Below are positions 1 to 12,239 of a stretch of 64,000 nt of DNA, piece by piece. Source of the stretch: Mobula hypostoma (taxonomy: Eukaryota); NCBI RefSeq assembly GCF_963921235.1, contig NC_086097.1, forward strand, positions 9,362,001-9,426,000, read 5' to 3'. Numbering within the stretch: the first letter of the stretch is position 1; each line of letters opens with the position of its first letter. Under the pieces are notes generated by a model. That model worked only from the letters and a program-made list of their open reading frames with translations. It did no database searches and was not told where the DNA came from. Both the position numbers and the translations under genes were made by a program.

Positions 1-1138
1 AGAAGGGATGCTTATGCGAGAATGCTGTTCTTGGACTATAGTTCTGCATTCAACACCATAATTCCCTCCAGGCTTGACCAGAAGATCAGAGACCTTGGCC
101 TTCACCCTGCCTTGTGCAGCTGGATCCTGGACTTTGTGTCAGATCACTAGCGGGTGGTAAGAATGGGCTCCCTCACCACTGCCCCTCTGACCCTCAACAC
201 AGGAGCCCCTCAGGGCTGTGTCTTAAGCCTGCTCCTGTACTGTCTGTACACCCATGATTGTGCCACCACCCACAGCTCCAGTCTGCCAATTAAATCTGTA
301 GATGATACTAAGATGATACCACATTGATTGACCTTATCTCAAATAATAACAAGGCAGTCTACAGAGAAGCAGTCATCACCTTGACACTTCACCTCTCCCT
401 CAATGTCGCAAAAACAAAGAAGCTGATTGTGGACTACAGGAGGAACAGAGACAGGCTCACCCCTATTGACATCAGTGGATCTGGGGTTGAGAGTGTGAAG
501 CTTTAAGTTCCTAGGCATATACATCACCGATGTTCTCATGTGGTTTGTACATATCAGCTGTGTGTTGAAAAAAAGCACAACAGTGCCTTTTTCACCTCAA
601 ACGGTTGAAGAAGTTTGGTATGGGTCCCCAAATCCTAAGGACTTTCTACAGGGGCACAATTGAGAGAACCCTGACTGGCTGTATGGCTGCCTGCTATGGA
701 AACTGTACTTCCCTCAATCGCACAACTCCGCAGAGTGGTGCCGACAGCCCAGAGCATCTGTAGACGTGAATTTCCCATGATTCAGGACATTTACAGTGAC
801 AGGTGTATAAAAAGGGCCTGAAGGATTATCGGGGACCCAAGTCACCCCAAATACAAACCATTCCAGCTGCTACCATCTGGGAAACAATACCGCAGCATTA
901 AGACCAGGACCAACAGGCTTTGGGACAGCTTCTTCCACCAGGCCAACAGACTGATGAATTCACACTGACACAGTTGTATTTCTAATCTATAATGACTGTT
1001 CTGTTATATATCTTACTGTACATACTATTTATTACAAATTACTATAATTTGCACATTGCACAGACAGAGACGTAACATAAAGATTTTGTTACTCCTCATG
1101 TATGTGCAGGATGTAAGAAATAAAATCAATTCAATTCA
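1..1138 (+). mobile_element. Rex1/Babar-type LINE, degenerate RT and 3' end (cut by window start)
   Basis: Translates to [30 protein letters not shown] and LSLNVAKTKKLIVDYRR, with frameshifts. Ends AATAAA plus an (ATTCA)-like tail. The 3' half matches 30475-30970. Confidence 0.85.
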
Positions 1139-1329
1139 AAAACTTCCAACCCCTCAATGGGAAGTGGTGTATCAACTGTCATGATTTCTGGTGGTTGATT
1201 GGTGGTTGATATGGACTTGATTTCCATGCTTTATCTCTTTGAACCTATGGGAAATGTGCAAGATTCACAGGTAGACACCATAATGTTTCTGTCTTTTCTG
1301 ATATCTGTTGCCTCAAGGCTCAGGGATAT

Positions 1330-2012
1330 TAGATTAGATGAGATTAGATTATAAGGAAACGCAGTCCTCTTTTATTGTCATTTAGTAATGCATGCATTAA
1401 GAAATGATACAATGTTCCTCTAGAATTATATCACAGAAACACAAGACAAACTGACTGAAAAACTGACAAAAACCAGATAATTATAGCATATAGTTACAAC
1501 AGTGCAAAGCAATATCGTAATTTGATCAAGAACAGACCATGGGCACGGTAAAAAAAAGTCTCAAAGTCTCTTGAAAGTCCCATCATCTCACGCAGATGGT
1601 AGAAGGAGGAAAAACTCTCCCTGCTATGAGCTTCCAGCACCGCAAACTTGCCGATGCAGCATCCTGGAAGCACCTGACCACAGCCGACTCTTGAGTCCGT
1701 CCGAAAACTTCGAGCCTCCAACCAGCCCTCCGACACCGAGAACCGAGCACCATCTCTGCCGAGCACTTCGACCCCGGCCCCGGCAACAGGCAATAGGCAA
1801 AGCCGAGGATTTAGGGCCTTCCCCTCCGGAGATTCTCGATCGCACAGTAGCAGCGGCAGCAAAGCGGGCATTTCAGAAGTTTCTCCAGATGTTCCTCTGT
1901 GCTTCTCACGTCTGTCTCCATCAAATCAGAACTGTGCACGGTTCCTACTTACAAATAAAATATCATTTCAGAGTGGCCGCACGCACTGCGTCGCACCGCC
2001 ATCTTCTCCTCC
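1330..2012 (-). mobile_element. Non-autonomous retroposon (~680 bp) with GGAGGAGAAGATGGCGG head and (AATCT)n tail, copy 1
   Basis: Colinear with 38886-39560. Minus-strand AATAAA followed by a short tandem tail. No conserved ORF and no obvious tRNA boxes. Confidence 0.75.
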
Positions 2013-3222
2013 CCTCCTATCTTAAATATCTTGTTACAATAATGACAACATGAGGAACTCAAACAAAATGGCAAGGAATGGGACATCCAAGGCTTTCTGA
2101 GAACAACTTGTGTCACAGAGAAGCCATCAATCCACATGTTGAAGATGGCTTCAGGTGTATGTGTGGAAGTTGTGGTCAGGTAAGTGTTAACATAATGTGC
2201 AGGCAAGGGTAATTGGCAAACTGAGTGCAAACAGCCCTGGCAAGAAAAGTCTTTGAAGCGCATAGCTTCCCTTTCCACACCAGGTGTCTGGAGATGATAA
2301 GTGATCCAAGGCACACACATTAACTAAAGGACAATTGCTTTTCTAACTTCAAAGTATCATCAGTTGTCAGCTTGTAGTATCTATTGACTTTTAACACCTC
2401 TATTGTGAATGGTGATTGATCTTGCAAGTAAGGAATTCAAACATCTAGTTTACCAAATAGTCAATATCCTTAACTGCTAGCCAATTCTGTATAAAAATAG
2501 CATTTATCTGCTCAGATTTCAGAACATTGAGGTGATGGGACCATGCTGCACAAATAAAATAAAGTGCGGTTGAGGAACGAGTGCATTTGTTCAAAGTCCA
2601 GTTAATTGGTGATGGCATATGGAGACCCCTTTCTTCATACATACAAATCAGGGACTCCAAACCACTGGCGTGAAGTTCATTTGAAAGCAGACCTCTGATC
2701 TCACAATAACTGAAACCAAAATGTCACAATGAAATACTCTGGTGAAAATCTTAGGAATTCCAACCACTACCAGCAAACTTGCCTGATTGCCGATGTAATC
2801 AATGTATCACATCCATCTAGTTATTCAGATTACCACATCAGCCCTTAAATGTGTATCAGAAATCAGCAGGGAAAAGTAACTATAAGACATCGGATCAGGA
2901 TCAGGCCATATGTCCTATCAAGACTGCTCCACCGTTCATACATGGATGATTAATTATCCCTCTTAAACCCTTTCTCCTGCCCTCTCCCTACAGCCTTTGA
3001 TGCCCTGACTAATCAAGAATCTATCAACCTCCACTTTAAGCGTCATCAATGACTTGGCCTTCACAGCTGTCTGCGGCAATGAATTCCATAAATTCACTAT
3101 CCAAAGAATTTTTTTTCTTATCTCAGTTCTAAAGGAACATTGTCTGTATTCTGAAGCTGTGCCGTTTGGTCCTAGATACCCACACTATTGAAAATGTCCT
3201 TTCCATATCCACTCCAGACATC

Positions 3223-4100
3223 TGTTACATACCTCAAGGAGATCTTGTGACTTTCTTGTGAGAATGATGTAATGGTCTTTTGGAGGTCACCTGATGTAAT
3301 TTTCCCGCTGATATGAGGTCACGAGATGACATGTTCACCATGGGTATAAAAGGGAAGACCTCAAGTGACGCAATTAGTTTTCAGTTTTCCAGCTAGAACG
3401 TTCGTCATTGTCTCCGTTCTGTTGCGTATTTGCTTTATGACGCAGTTTCATTTTTAAAACAGAGCTTTACATTCTATTGTAAGGTACAATAGTGCTGGAC
3501 TGGCAGTTTACTCAATTTCTGCTAGATTTGTTGATGTACCTTTTAAGAAGTACGGGAGAGTGAAGACTTTATCGAAGTACAGGACCTGAAGGATTAAGAG
3601 AAGTTGGTATCGTTCGGCAGTTTAATAAAGGATCGACCTTATTGAGTCTTCGTTGAAGAAGTAGCGACCTGCATCGAAGATAACTCTTGCCAAAAGAGTA
3701 AAGAAGTTCATGCAAGGTGCTCTCTAGAAATTAAGGTCAGTTGTTTTAAGCCGTTTATTTTCTTCATCGTGAATCCTTTGGACAGAACCAGCAGGAAAGT
3801 CGCGTCTATGAAGAAATCCTTCTCCAGAGAAGTCTCTGCCAATTGAATGTATAAACCTGTTGGACTTTCGAATTTACTATTTTAAGAACTGTATTTTGAC
3901 TTTACCGTTTTAAGAACTGTTTTCATATCTATTGCTTTAAGAATCAGTACCGAGTGACGATTTGTTGAGCAGCCGCATAGCAGTTAACTTCCAGTTAAGG
4001 TTTTCATTTGTATTTTATTGTTTATCGATGCTTAATAAATGTTTGGTTGTTTTTATATAACCTGACTCGATTGATATTCATTGTTGCCGGTTACGTAATA
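3223..4100 (+). mobile_element. Solo LTR (Gypsy-like), 878 bp
   Basis: Termini TGTTAC...GTAATA (decayed GTAACA). 4-bp TSD CATC (3219-3222, 4101-4104). TATAAAA near 3345 and AATAAA near 4034. Confidence 0.8.
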
Positions 4101-4713
4101 CATCCCACCTCTCCCGGAAGTTCTGGGAGTCTCCCGTATATTGATAGCGGCTCCCTGACGCCCAGAAATTAAATACAATAACCTGGAAATTGATTTTTTT
4201 TGAGAACGAGACGGAGGGAGGGGGGAAGAGAGAGAGTGACAGAGAGAGCATCCTGATTTGTCTCTCTTTGTGCTAAGTAGATCTATCAGTTTTTGCTGTG
4301 GGCGGACTTTACAGTTGACATCGCTCTCTCTTTCATTGCCCATCAGTTCAGTTTCGTGTCCTGCAGCGCCACGGCAGAGTGTTCCAAAAAAAGAAAATGT
4401 AAAACGTAGGTCACCCCAGACTACACTAAAGTGTACCCCTGCCTAATAGGGGTCAAAAATAATGACAGTGTTGCTCGCTGCACTGTTTGCAACAGTGACT
4501 TTTCTATTGCCCATGGTGGGTTAAGACTGTAAAAGACACGTTGAGGTGAGTTTAACAGGTGTCATTCGTTCATTAGACTTCAGGCAAAATGCTCAAATCC
4601 ACCAAGCAAGCCACGTAACAGTACAAGGAAAGTTTGCAAAAGAAGTAGAAAAGCTATTTGCATTAGTATTTGACTATTAGCATTGAGACTGCCAACAAAA
4701 TACTCAACAAGGA

Positions 4714-4714
<1 letters not shown>

Positions 4715-4768
<54 letters not shown>
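4715..4768. repeat. (TA)n(TG)n microsatellite
   Basis: Read directly from the sequence. Confidence 0.95.
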
Positions 4769-4772
<4 letters not shown>

Positions 4773-6105
4773 AATAGTTTCAATATGTGCTCAAATAAAT
4801 TGTGTTCTTTCATAATCAAATGTCCTGTGTATATACACCCTTGGAGGTCGACGGGGGGGATATAGGGTTGCGGGAGGTGGGGGTGGTGGTGCTACCTCCC
4901 TGAAATGAGTTTTTGCAGGGTGGGATGTCTGTCCACTCAATCTAATCCTTGCAATATTGGATAGGTTTCAATGAGATTCCCCCACCACCATTCTTCTAAG
5001 CTGCAGTGTGTGCAGGCCCGGAGCCATCAAATGCTCCTCCTAAGTAAGGAACCACGCACTGTTAGTTTTAGCAGCTTATGCTGATAGGTAGAAGACTTTG
5101 CATTATGGTCTTCCAGTATCCGTACAGAATGCTCCAAGTGAAATACATGGTCCAAGTTACTACTACTTAATACAACCATTCCCTCCGTGGAATATCTTCA
5201 GCTGGGCCGGACTCACATCTTTCCATTTGCCAGATGAATTATCCCAGCTGAGAGAGCCAACTTGCTACTAATTACCCTTGGCTCTGTGCTGTGTTGTTGG
5301 ATTCCATCCAATAAGACTTATTTGAATCAACACAGAAATGTCACAGCCTGAAGTTGGGCCAATTATGTTCCAGTGTCTACACCAAGATAAAATCTATTTT
5401 TTTTTAAATTTTCTTTGAAGTGTTTGTGCTGATCAAAGTGAGGAATGACATTGCTGAGGAATAATTCTCATAGCATTTCATTCCCCCACTGCATTGTCAT
5501 CCCTCACCTTAATGAGCACAACATCATGCAAACATATGTCATTAAGTATACTTGCTAATGTGCTAGTCTGCAGAACAGTGAGTTGTTATTGTACTACCCA
5601 GGAGGATTAAAATCAAGAGCTATTGAACCTTACAGTAAGAGTCCCAGAATGAGCTCTTCAAGGTAATCCAACCCCCCTGATAATAATATAACCCTTCATT
5701 ATATCCATGTAGATTGACATTAAACATTTAACCCAGAAGCAACCAATTTTGATTTATCCACAACTTTGTTTCAGGACATGCTTCTTCAAATGTTCATATT
5801 CCTTATGATGTAAAAAAAAACTATGTTGTCAAAAACGCCTGACAACATTTAATGAAACCATTCAGCCCAGCATAGAATGTCAGATATTTGATTCAAAATT
5901 TCAACCTTCAAAACTGCTTAGTGTCATTTCCAGTACACAAATGTAAAGGAGAACAAAATAATTGCTACTCTGGATCCAAAGCAACACAGAAAATACAAAA
6001 AATAAAGAGCAACACCCACAGAATGCTGGAGGAACTCAGCAGGCCAGGCAGTGCCTATGGAAAAATGAACAGTTGACGTTTCAGACCAAAACATAAGATA
6101 ATTTG

Positions 6106-6172
6106 CAATACTGCGCAAAAGTATTTGAAACATACATATAGCCAGGGTGCATAAGAATTTTGCACTGCACTG
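6106..6172. mobile_element. Palindromic Tc1-like mini-MITE (degenerate); another partial copy near 6272-6330
   Basis: Decayed CAGTACTGTGCAAAAGTCTTAGG-type TIRs, as at 61916-61982. Confidence 0.6.
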
Positions 6173-6794
6173 TATATTGGTTAAATAGGTTGAAAAATAA
6201 CAGTAAGAGTACTTAGCATTGTATTAGCTCAGTAATGTTAAGCGTTATTTGGATACCGGAAAGGCGTAATATACAGTACTATGTAAAGGTCTTATGCATC
6301 TAAGCTATACATGTGTGCCTAATACTCCTATGCAGTTAGGTATATCCATTGATTCATTATATACTGTATCTAGAAAGTGCTATTGGACTGTAAGACATGA
6401 GAGCAAAACGGGGCCATTTGGCCAATCGAGTCTGCTCTGCCATTCAATCATGGCTGATTTACTATTCCTTTCACTCCCATTCTTCAGTCTTTTCCCTGTA
6501 AACACACTTTTCCTATTGGATTGAACCCCAGTGAATTTCTTCTAAAAGCCAATTCCTTCTGCACAGCTTCTGCATTAATTATTGCTATTGGTGAATGTCT
6601 GATTTATTTTTCCAAAAGCTATAGTTTAGAGTTTCCCCCAGTCTTTTAGATGGTGAATTCTACATCGTCACTGTTTGATATGTAAAATTGGCTCAGTTAT
6701 TAATGGAGATATTCATCTCTTACAACTCATTACAATGGAATAGAAAAGGCATGTAACACATAAAATGTTATAGTAGCCATGGGGGATTTCAATA

Positions 6795-7790
6795 TAAGAA
6801 CATAAGACATAGGAGCAGAATTAGGTCATCTGACATATCGAGTCTGTTCCACCATTCAATCATGGCTGATCCTTTTATCTCCTCCTCAACCCCACTCCCT
6901 GACGTTCTCCCCGTAACCTTTGATGCCATGTCCAATCAAGAACCTATCAATCTCTACCTTAAATACACCAGTTGACCTGGCCTCTGCAGCTGCCTGTAGT
7001 AACAAATTCCACAGCTTCACCACCCTCTGGCTAAAGAAATTTTCCGCATCTCTCTTAAGTGGGCACCCCGCTATCCTGAGATTGTGCTCTCTTGTCCTAG
7101 ACCCCACCACCACGGAAACAACCTTTCCAAATCTACTTTGTCTCGGTCTTTCAACATTTGAAAGGTTTCAATGGGATCCCCCCCTCATCCCTTTGATTCC
7201 AGTGAGTACAGACCCAGAGCCATCAAATGTTCTTCGCATGATAACCCTTTCATTCCCAGAATCATCCTTAAAAACTGCATCTGGACCCTCTCCAATGCCA
7301 GCACACCTTTTCTAAGATGAGGACAGTACCCAAGGTGAGGCCTCACCGGTGCCTTATAAAGCCTCAACACGATATCCATGCTCTTGTATTAAAGACCTCT
7401 AACAATGAATACTAACATTGCATTTGTCTTTCTAACCATCGACGCAACCTGCAAGCTAGCCTTCAGGGTGTTCTTCACAAAGACTCTCAAGTCCCTTTGC
7501 ATCTCAGATTTTTAGATTTTCTCCCCATTTAGAAAATAGTCTACACATTTATTTCTACTATTGAAGTGCATGATCATGCATTTTCCAATGTTGTATTTCA
7601 TTTGCCATTTTTTGCCCAACCTCCTAATCTGTCTAAGGCATTCTTCAGCTTAACCGTCCCTCCACCAATCTTCGTATCATCAGCAAACTTGGCAGCAAAG
7701 TCATCTATTCCATCATCCAAATCATTGATATGCAGCATAAAAATATGCAGTCCTAACACGGACTCTCACAGAACACCACTTGTTGCCTTC
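6795..7790 (-). mobile_element. CR1 LINE 3' fragment (RT C-terminus and 3' UTR)
   Basis: LRLYKAPVRPHL, NFFSQRVVKLWN and antisense AKFADDTK. Octamer-type tail near 6795. Confidence 0.9.
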
Positions 7791-7799
7791 TTCCAGACA

Positions 7800-8056
7800 G
7801 CCAATGCTCTAACCACATTAGTAACTAATAGCTTTCCTGGTAGATTGGTGTAGGATCCCAAGAGAGAACATTTGTAAAATGCTTATAAGATGACTTTCTG
7901 AGCAGCTTTTGGTTGAGCTCATGAAAGGCACAGCAATTCTGGATTGGGTGTTATGTTATGACCCAGATTTGGTTAGAGAGCTTAAGGTAAAGGAACCCTT
8001 ACAAGAGAGTGATCATAATATGACAAAATTTGCTTTAGAGTTTGAGAAGGAGAAGC
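7800..8056 (+). mobile_element. CR1 ORF2 endonuclease fragment
   Basis: AILDWVLC...ELKVKEPL.ESDHNM is an APE C-terminal motif. Confidence 0.75.
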
Positions 8057-8369
8057 TCTTTGTAACTTTGAAAGGAGATGCTGGAAACCCCAACAAAGAC
8101 AGATGTTATCGGAAGCATTCAACAGGACAGAAAGTATCTTTTGAAAGAAAAACAGTTAATATTCCGGGTCCAAAATGTTAAACATTCCCCCACCTGCGGA
8201 TGGTTCCTGACTTGCTAAGTGTGTCTAGTTTTTTTGTTTCATTTCATAATTTTGGCCTCTTCAATTATATTTTTCGTAACCTGATGAAGGAGGACAATCA
8301 TATTTACGCCACCATTTTCACATAACTGAAGTCCTCCACCCTTCAGAAATCTCTCTTCTGTACCATACT

Positions 8370-8900
8370 CTACCCATCCATGTACTGATCCAAACTTCTC
8401 TTAAATATTGAAATCAAAATCTCATCCAGTATTTGTGCTGACAGCTCATTCCATATGCACTGAGTTAAAAAGTTTCCCCTTGTGTTCCCCTTAAACATGA
8501 CACTTTTTACCCTTAACCCATGACCACTAGTTGTAGTCTCATGACCAGCCTCAACGGAAAAAAGCCTGCTTGCATTAACCCATTAACCCTATCTATACAC
8601 CTCATAGTTTTGTATACGTCTCTCAAATCTCCCCTCAGTCTTCTAGGTTCCAGGGAACAAAGTCCTAAACTACTCGTTCTTTCCTTATAACTCAGTTCCA
8701 GTGGCATCCTTGTAAATCTTCTTTGTACTATTTTAGTCTTATTTACATCTTTCCTGTAGGTAGGTGACAAAAACTGGTCACCATACTCTAAATTAGATCT
8801 CATCAATGTCTTATAGCACTTCAACATAGCATTCCAACTCCTGTGCTCAACTTTTTGATCTACGAAAGCCAATGTGTCAAATGTTTTCTTTATGACCTGA
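8370..8900 (-). mobile_element. CR1 LINE 3' fragment
   Basis: YKTLMRSNLEY...SPTYRKDV...VQRRFTRM...RRLRGDL. Confidence 0.85.
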
Positions 8901-10032
8901 CATGTCTGGTGCATCCTTATTTGTTGAAATGGGGACACTGATCTTCATTTATAAAAAGGAAGAGAAGGTCAAATTATTTGTTTCTTTCTCTATTTTCTGC
9001 TTTCTTTTAATTAAGTTATATCAACAATACATTCTAACTATTTTTAGATGTATCTAAACTTACACGGAAAGTGGAAGTTGAGTTTTACCCTCTTGAGATC
9101 ACAGCTTTACAAAAGAAATTAATGGAAATCAATCCAAATGGTGTTTTCCAAAGATCAAAAACAGTAGTGAGCCACCTCCCACCTGTGCCTGATTATTTTT
9201 AAAAGCTCTGTTGGTTTGGAAGAGAACAATTATTACATACTCAATTAAGTATATGTCTACATAAATTATAATGAATGGTCTTGGCCTGAAATGTCGACTG
9301 TTTATTCCTTTCCTTAGATGCTGCCTGACCTGCTGAGTTCCTCCTGCACTTTGTGTGTGGATTAACTTGTGTTTATTATTTATTTACATTCCTACATTGA
9401 TATTATTATATTGGTAGCTACACGGACTCTACCTTGAGATTTCTACCACCAAATTAACCTGCAACTGGAGGAGTAAAAAAAGTCAGATTTTTTTTTGTGC
9501 AGTCCTGAGAAATACCATCATATTGCTGTTTTTATTTATATAATGCCTTGACACAGGAGGGAAATGATTGGCACAGCTCAACTTGTGAAAGGTCTTTGTG
9601 GCTCTATTATATTAGATAGCTGTAGTGTTATGCAAATATCTCATTAGTAGTATTTGTTAGTTCCGTGTTAAACTCTAATTTTATAAATGATTTGTCCTAC
9701 GACACCTTTGAAATAAAATTAGGACGCTTATATCTGTGATGCACTTGGAATTGCATTTGACTCCATGTTCCCTGTTCCTGTTTGCCTTGCTTATCATGAC
9801 GGCTTGATCTAACCTTCTGTTTAAATGCACCATCATTTATAAGCCTGTCACTCAATTCGGAAGGCCAGTGCTGTTCTCAGTGGAAAAAAAATGACAAATG
9901 TTCCCCATGGGAATATGGTGTTCAAATCATTGCTATCTGAATCAGAATCAGGTTTAATATCATCGGCATATGTTGAGAAATTTCTTTTGCAGCAGCAGTA
10001 CATTGGAATATATAGTAATAAAAAACTATAAA

Positions 10033-10050
10033 TTACAATTACAATTATAT

Positions 10051-10098
<48 letters not shown>
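10033..10098. repeat. (TG)n(TA)n microsatellite
   Basis: Read directly from the sequence. Confidence 0.95.
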
Positions 10099-10102
<4 letters not shown>

Positions 10103-10125
10103 AAATATGTATATTATGTGGAATA

Positions 10126-10557
10126 GAGAGCAAGTTTTTAAATCTGGTGGGAGCGAAGGATGTTGGGAATGGTGAGGATGGAGTATTGCAGGAGGAGTGT
10201 GGGATAGATGGCAGAGAAGGAGTGCCAGGGCAGAGGGTGGCATGTGTGCAGACATAATCAGCCCCTGAGATGTCGGACAAGGTAATTTGATTTCAAACAA
10301 TTCTTTTATTGATCATTAGAGAATTCTTTCCGGTACAGCCCGCTCCCTCCTCTCTTCCTTCCCCTTTTCCCAACCACGATTCTCCTCTCCCTGTTCCCCT
10401 TCCCACTCTCAGTCCACAACAGAGACCCATATTAGAATCAAGTTTACCATTACTCACATATGTCATGGTTTTTTTGCAGCAGTACAGTGCAATACGTAAA
10501 AGAGTCTTAGGCACCCTAGCTATATATATGTCTCTCAGACTTCTACGCAGCAGTGTA
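10126..10557 (-). mobile_element. Composite repeat associated with the Tc1-like palindromic MITE, copy 1
   Basis: Colinear with 36595-37113 and with 60658-61984 (opposite strand). MITE palindrome at about 10490-10557. Confidence 0.65.
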
Positions 10558-11089
10558 TATGAAAATTAAAAACATGGTGCAAAAAGAGAACAAAAAAAAT
10601 AGTGAGGTTGTGTTCATTGTCAATTCAGAATTCTGATGGTTGAGGGAAGAAGTTGTACTTAAAACATTGAGTGTGTGTCTTCAGGCACTTGCAGCTCCTC
10701 CTTGATGGTATCCATTGGAAGAGGGTGTGTGCTGGGTGATTGGTTCTTTCACAGAATCCACCCAGAACATCAGTCATCCCTGAAGAACCAAAAGATTTGA
10801 GTTTTTTCTCTATTTACATTTATATACAAATACTTCTCTGCAATGTTTTTTGCTTGTTAAAACGTACGGTGTCTATTTCATTGCTGCTGTGAGATCCTGG
10901 AGTCCACAGATGTCTTTTCCATCGTTATATTACATTGAAAATTTTGTTGGTTTGGTTGGGCCAACATCAGGAAAAGCTCTGTTTCTCAAAGTCTCACACA
11001 TTTAGTTTGTTCAGAAGTGATTTATGCAGGCAATGACGATCTAAGCTACCTTGTTAATTTATGTGCATCAATTTATTAATCCATAGTGT

Positions 11090-11510
11090 TTGATGGCTCT
11101 GTGCCTGTACTCACTAGTTTAGAAGAATGGGGTGAAATCTCATTGAATTTTGAAAGGCCTTGATAGAGTGGATATGGAGAGGATGTTTCCTATAGTGGGT
11201 GAGTCTCAGATGAGAGGGCACAGCCTCTGAATAGAGGGACGTCTATTTAGAACAGAAGTGAGGAGGAATTTCTTTAGACACAGGATAGTGAATCTGCAAA
11301 ATTCATTGCCATAAAGGGCTGTAGAGTTCAAGTCATTGAGCATATTTAATGAGGAATTAGTTTCCTGATTAGTAAGGAAATCAATGGTTAAGTGGAGCAT
11401 AGAAGAGAATGGGATTGAGAATGATAATAAATCAGCCATGATGAAATGGTAGAGCAGAGCAGATTTGATGGGCTGAATTGCCTAATTCTACTCCTACGCC
11501 TTATGGTCTT
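11090..11510 (+). mobile_element. CR1 LINE 3' fragment
   Basis: GGGCACAGCCTC...GAGGAGGAATTTCTTTAG...; ends CTTATGGTCTTA. Confidence 0.85.
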
Positions 11511-11844
11511 AATTCCCTTGCTGATCAGCCAGATTGCAGCCCACATAGTGAATCATCCTCAGTGAAATAGGTACTTTCACCCCTCAGATACTGCTCATCC
11601 TGCTGAGTTCCTACAATCTACGTTTGCTATTGTAACTTGGTGACTGATAGTCAGCACTAACTCAGTGGGATAGAGGTTCTCTCCATGGGTCAATGGCTAC
11701 TAATTACAATGATCACAATGGACCACATTGAAAGGGGTCTGGATTAAGAGAGTACAAGTTTTCTAGTTAAAGCAGTGAAAATCAAAATAGGTGAAGCACA
11801 AAAGGCAAATCCTTGACTAATGAGGATGATGGAATCTGTGACCA

Positions 11845-11898
11845 AACTTCGCCAAGGACAGTCCCGCGCCTGGTTCTGAAGGAAGGAAGGTTGGACAC
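11845..11898 (+). ncRNA. Degenerate twister ribozyme (type P1; part 3' of the cleavage site)
   Basis: AA-CUUC-GCC-AAG-GACAGUCCCGCGCCUGG-UUCUGAAG-GAAG-GAAGG-UUGG follows the twister layout AA-P2-GCC-N3-GCCGGUCCCAAGCCCGG-Nx-P2'-GAGGG-P1'. P2 CUUC/GAAG pairs perfectly. Confidence 0.6.
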
Positions 11899-12096
11899 GG
11901 GACCAGCAACCCATCCCATAAAACCCAGGGCTACAGAAGCGCCAAGAGAAGCTTTGAAGACCTCATTACTGGGAGAGGAAGGATTCTCAAAGATGTACTA
12001 CACCTGGGGACAACTTGAAAGAGTAACCCAGGATAGAGGACTCACTGTTGTTGGGGGCATATGCTGCAGTAGGGATGATGGGCCTCAGTAAGTAAG
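11845..12096 (+). mobile_element. Short RTE-tailed non-autonomous retroposon with twister-like head, copy 1
   Basis: Colinear with 23265-23557. 3' end resembles an RTE terminus (CCCAGGATAGAGGA...GCATATGCTGCAGTAGGG...AGTAAGTAAG). Confidence 0.7.
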
Positions 12097-12239
12097 AGAT
12101 GTGAGCCAATTGGAGGGCAGGGTGGTTAAGATCATATTGACAATTAATTAATGCATATCTCTCCTCTGCTGCTTTTGTTTGAATACAAATACTTAATTGA
12201 GTTTTATGATTTAAAGTATGACCAGTTCAAATTCCTCTG

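Larger units (their letters stand above)
3215..4931. mobile_element. Non-autonomous hAT-like DNA transposon, copy 1 (interrupted by a solo LTR)
   Basis: TIRs CAGACATCCCACC / GGTGGGATGTCTG. 7-bp TSD TCCACTC (3208-3214, 4932-4938). Internal sequence shared with 22697-23225. The superfamily assignment is an inference. Confidence 0.8.
2878..5045 (-). mobile_element. CR1 LINE 3' fragment split by an hAT-like element (pieces 2878-3214 and 4932-5045)
   Basis: CR1 3' UTR and RT C-terminal sequence continues across the insertion. TCCACTC is duplicated at the junctions. Confidence 0.8.

Noticed and set aside
1494..2053. Overlapping 125-160 aa ORFs as host genes
   Set aside because: They lie in a GC-rich repeat whose second copy (38886-39560) does not keep the frames.
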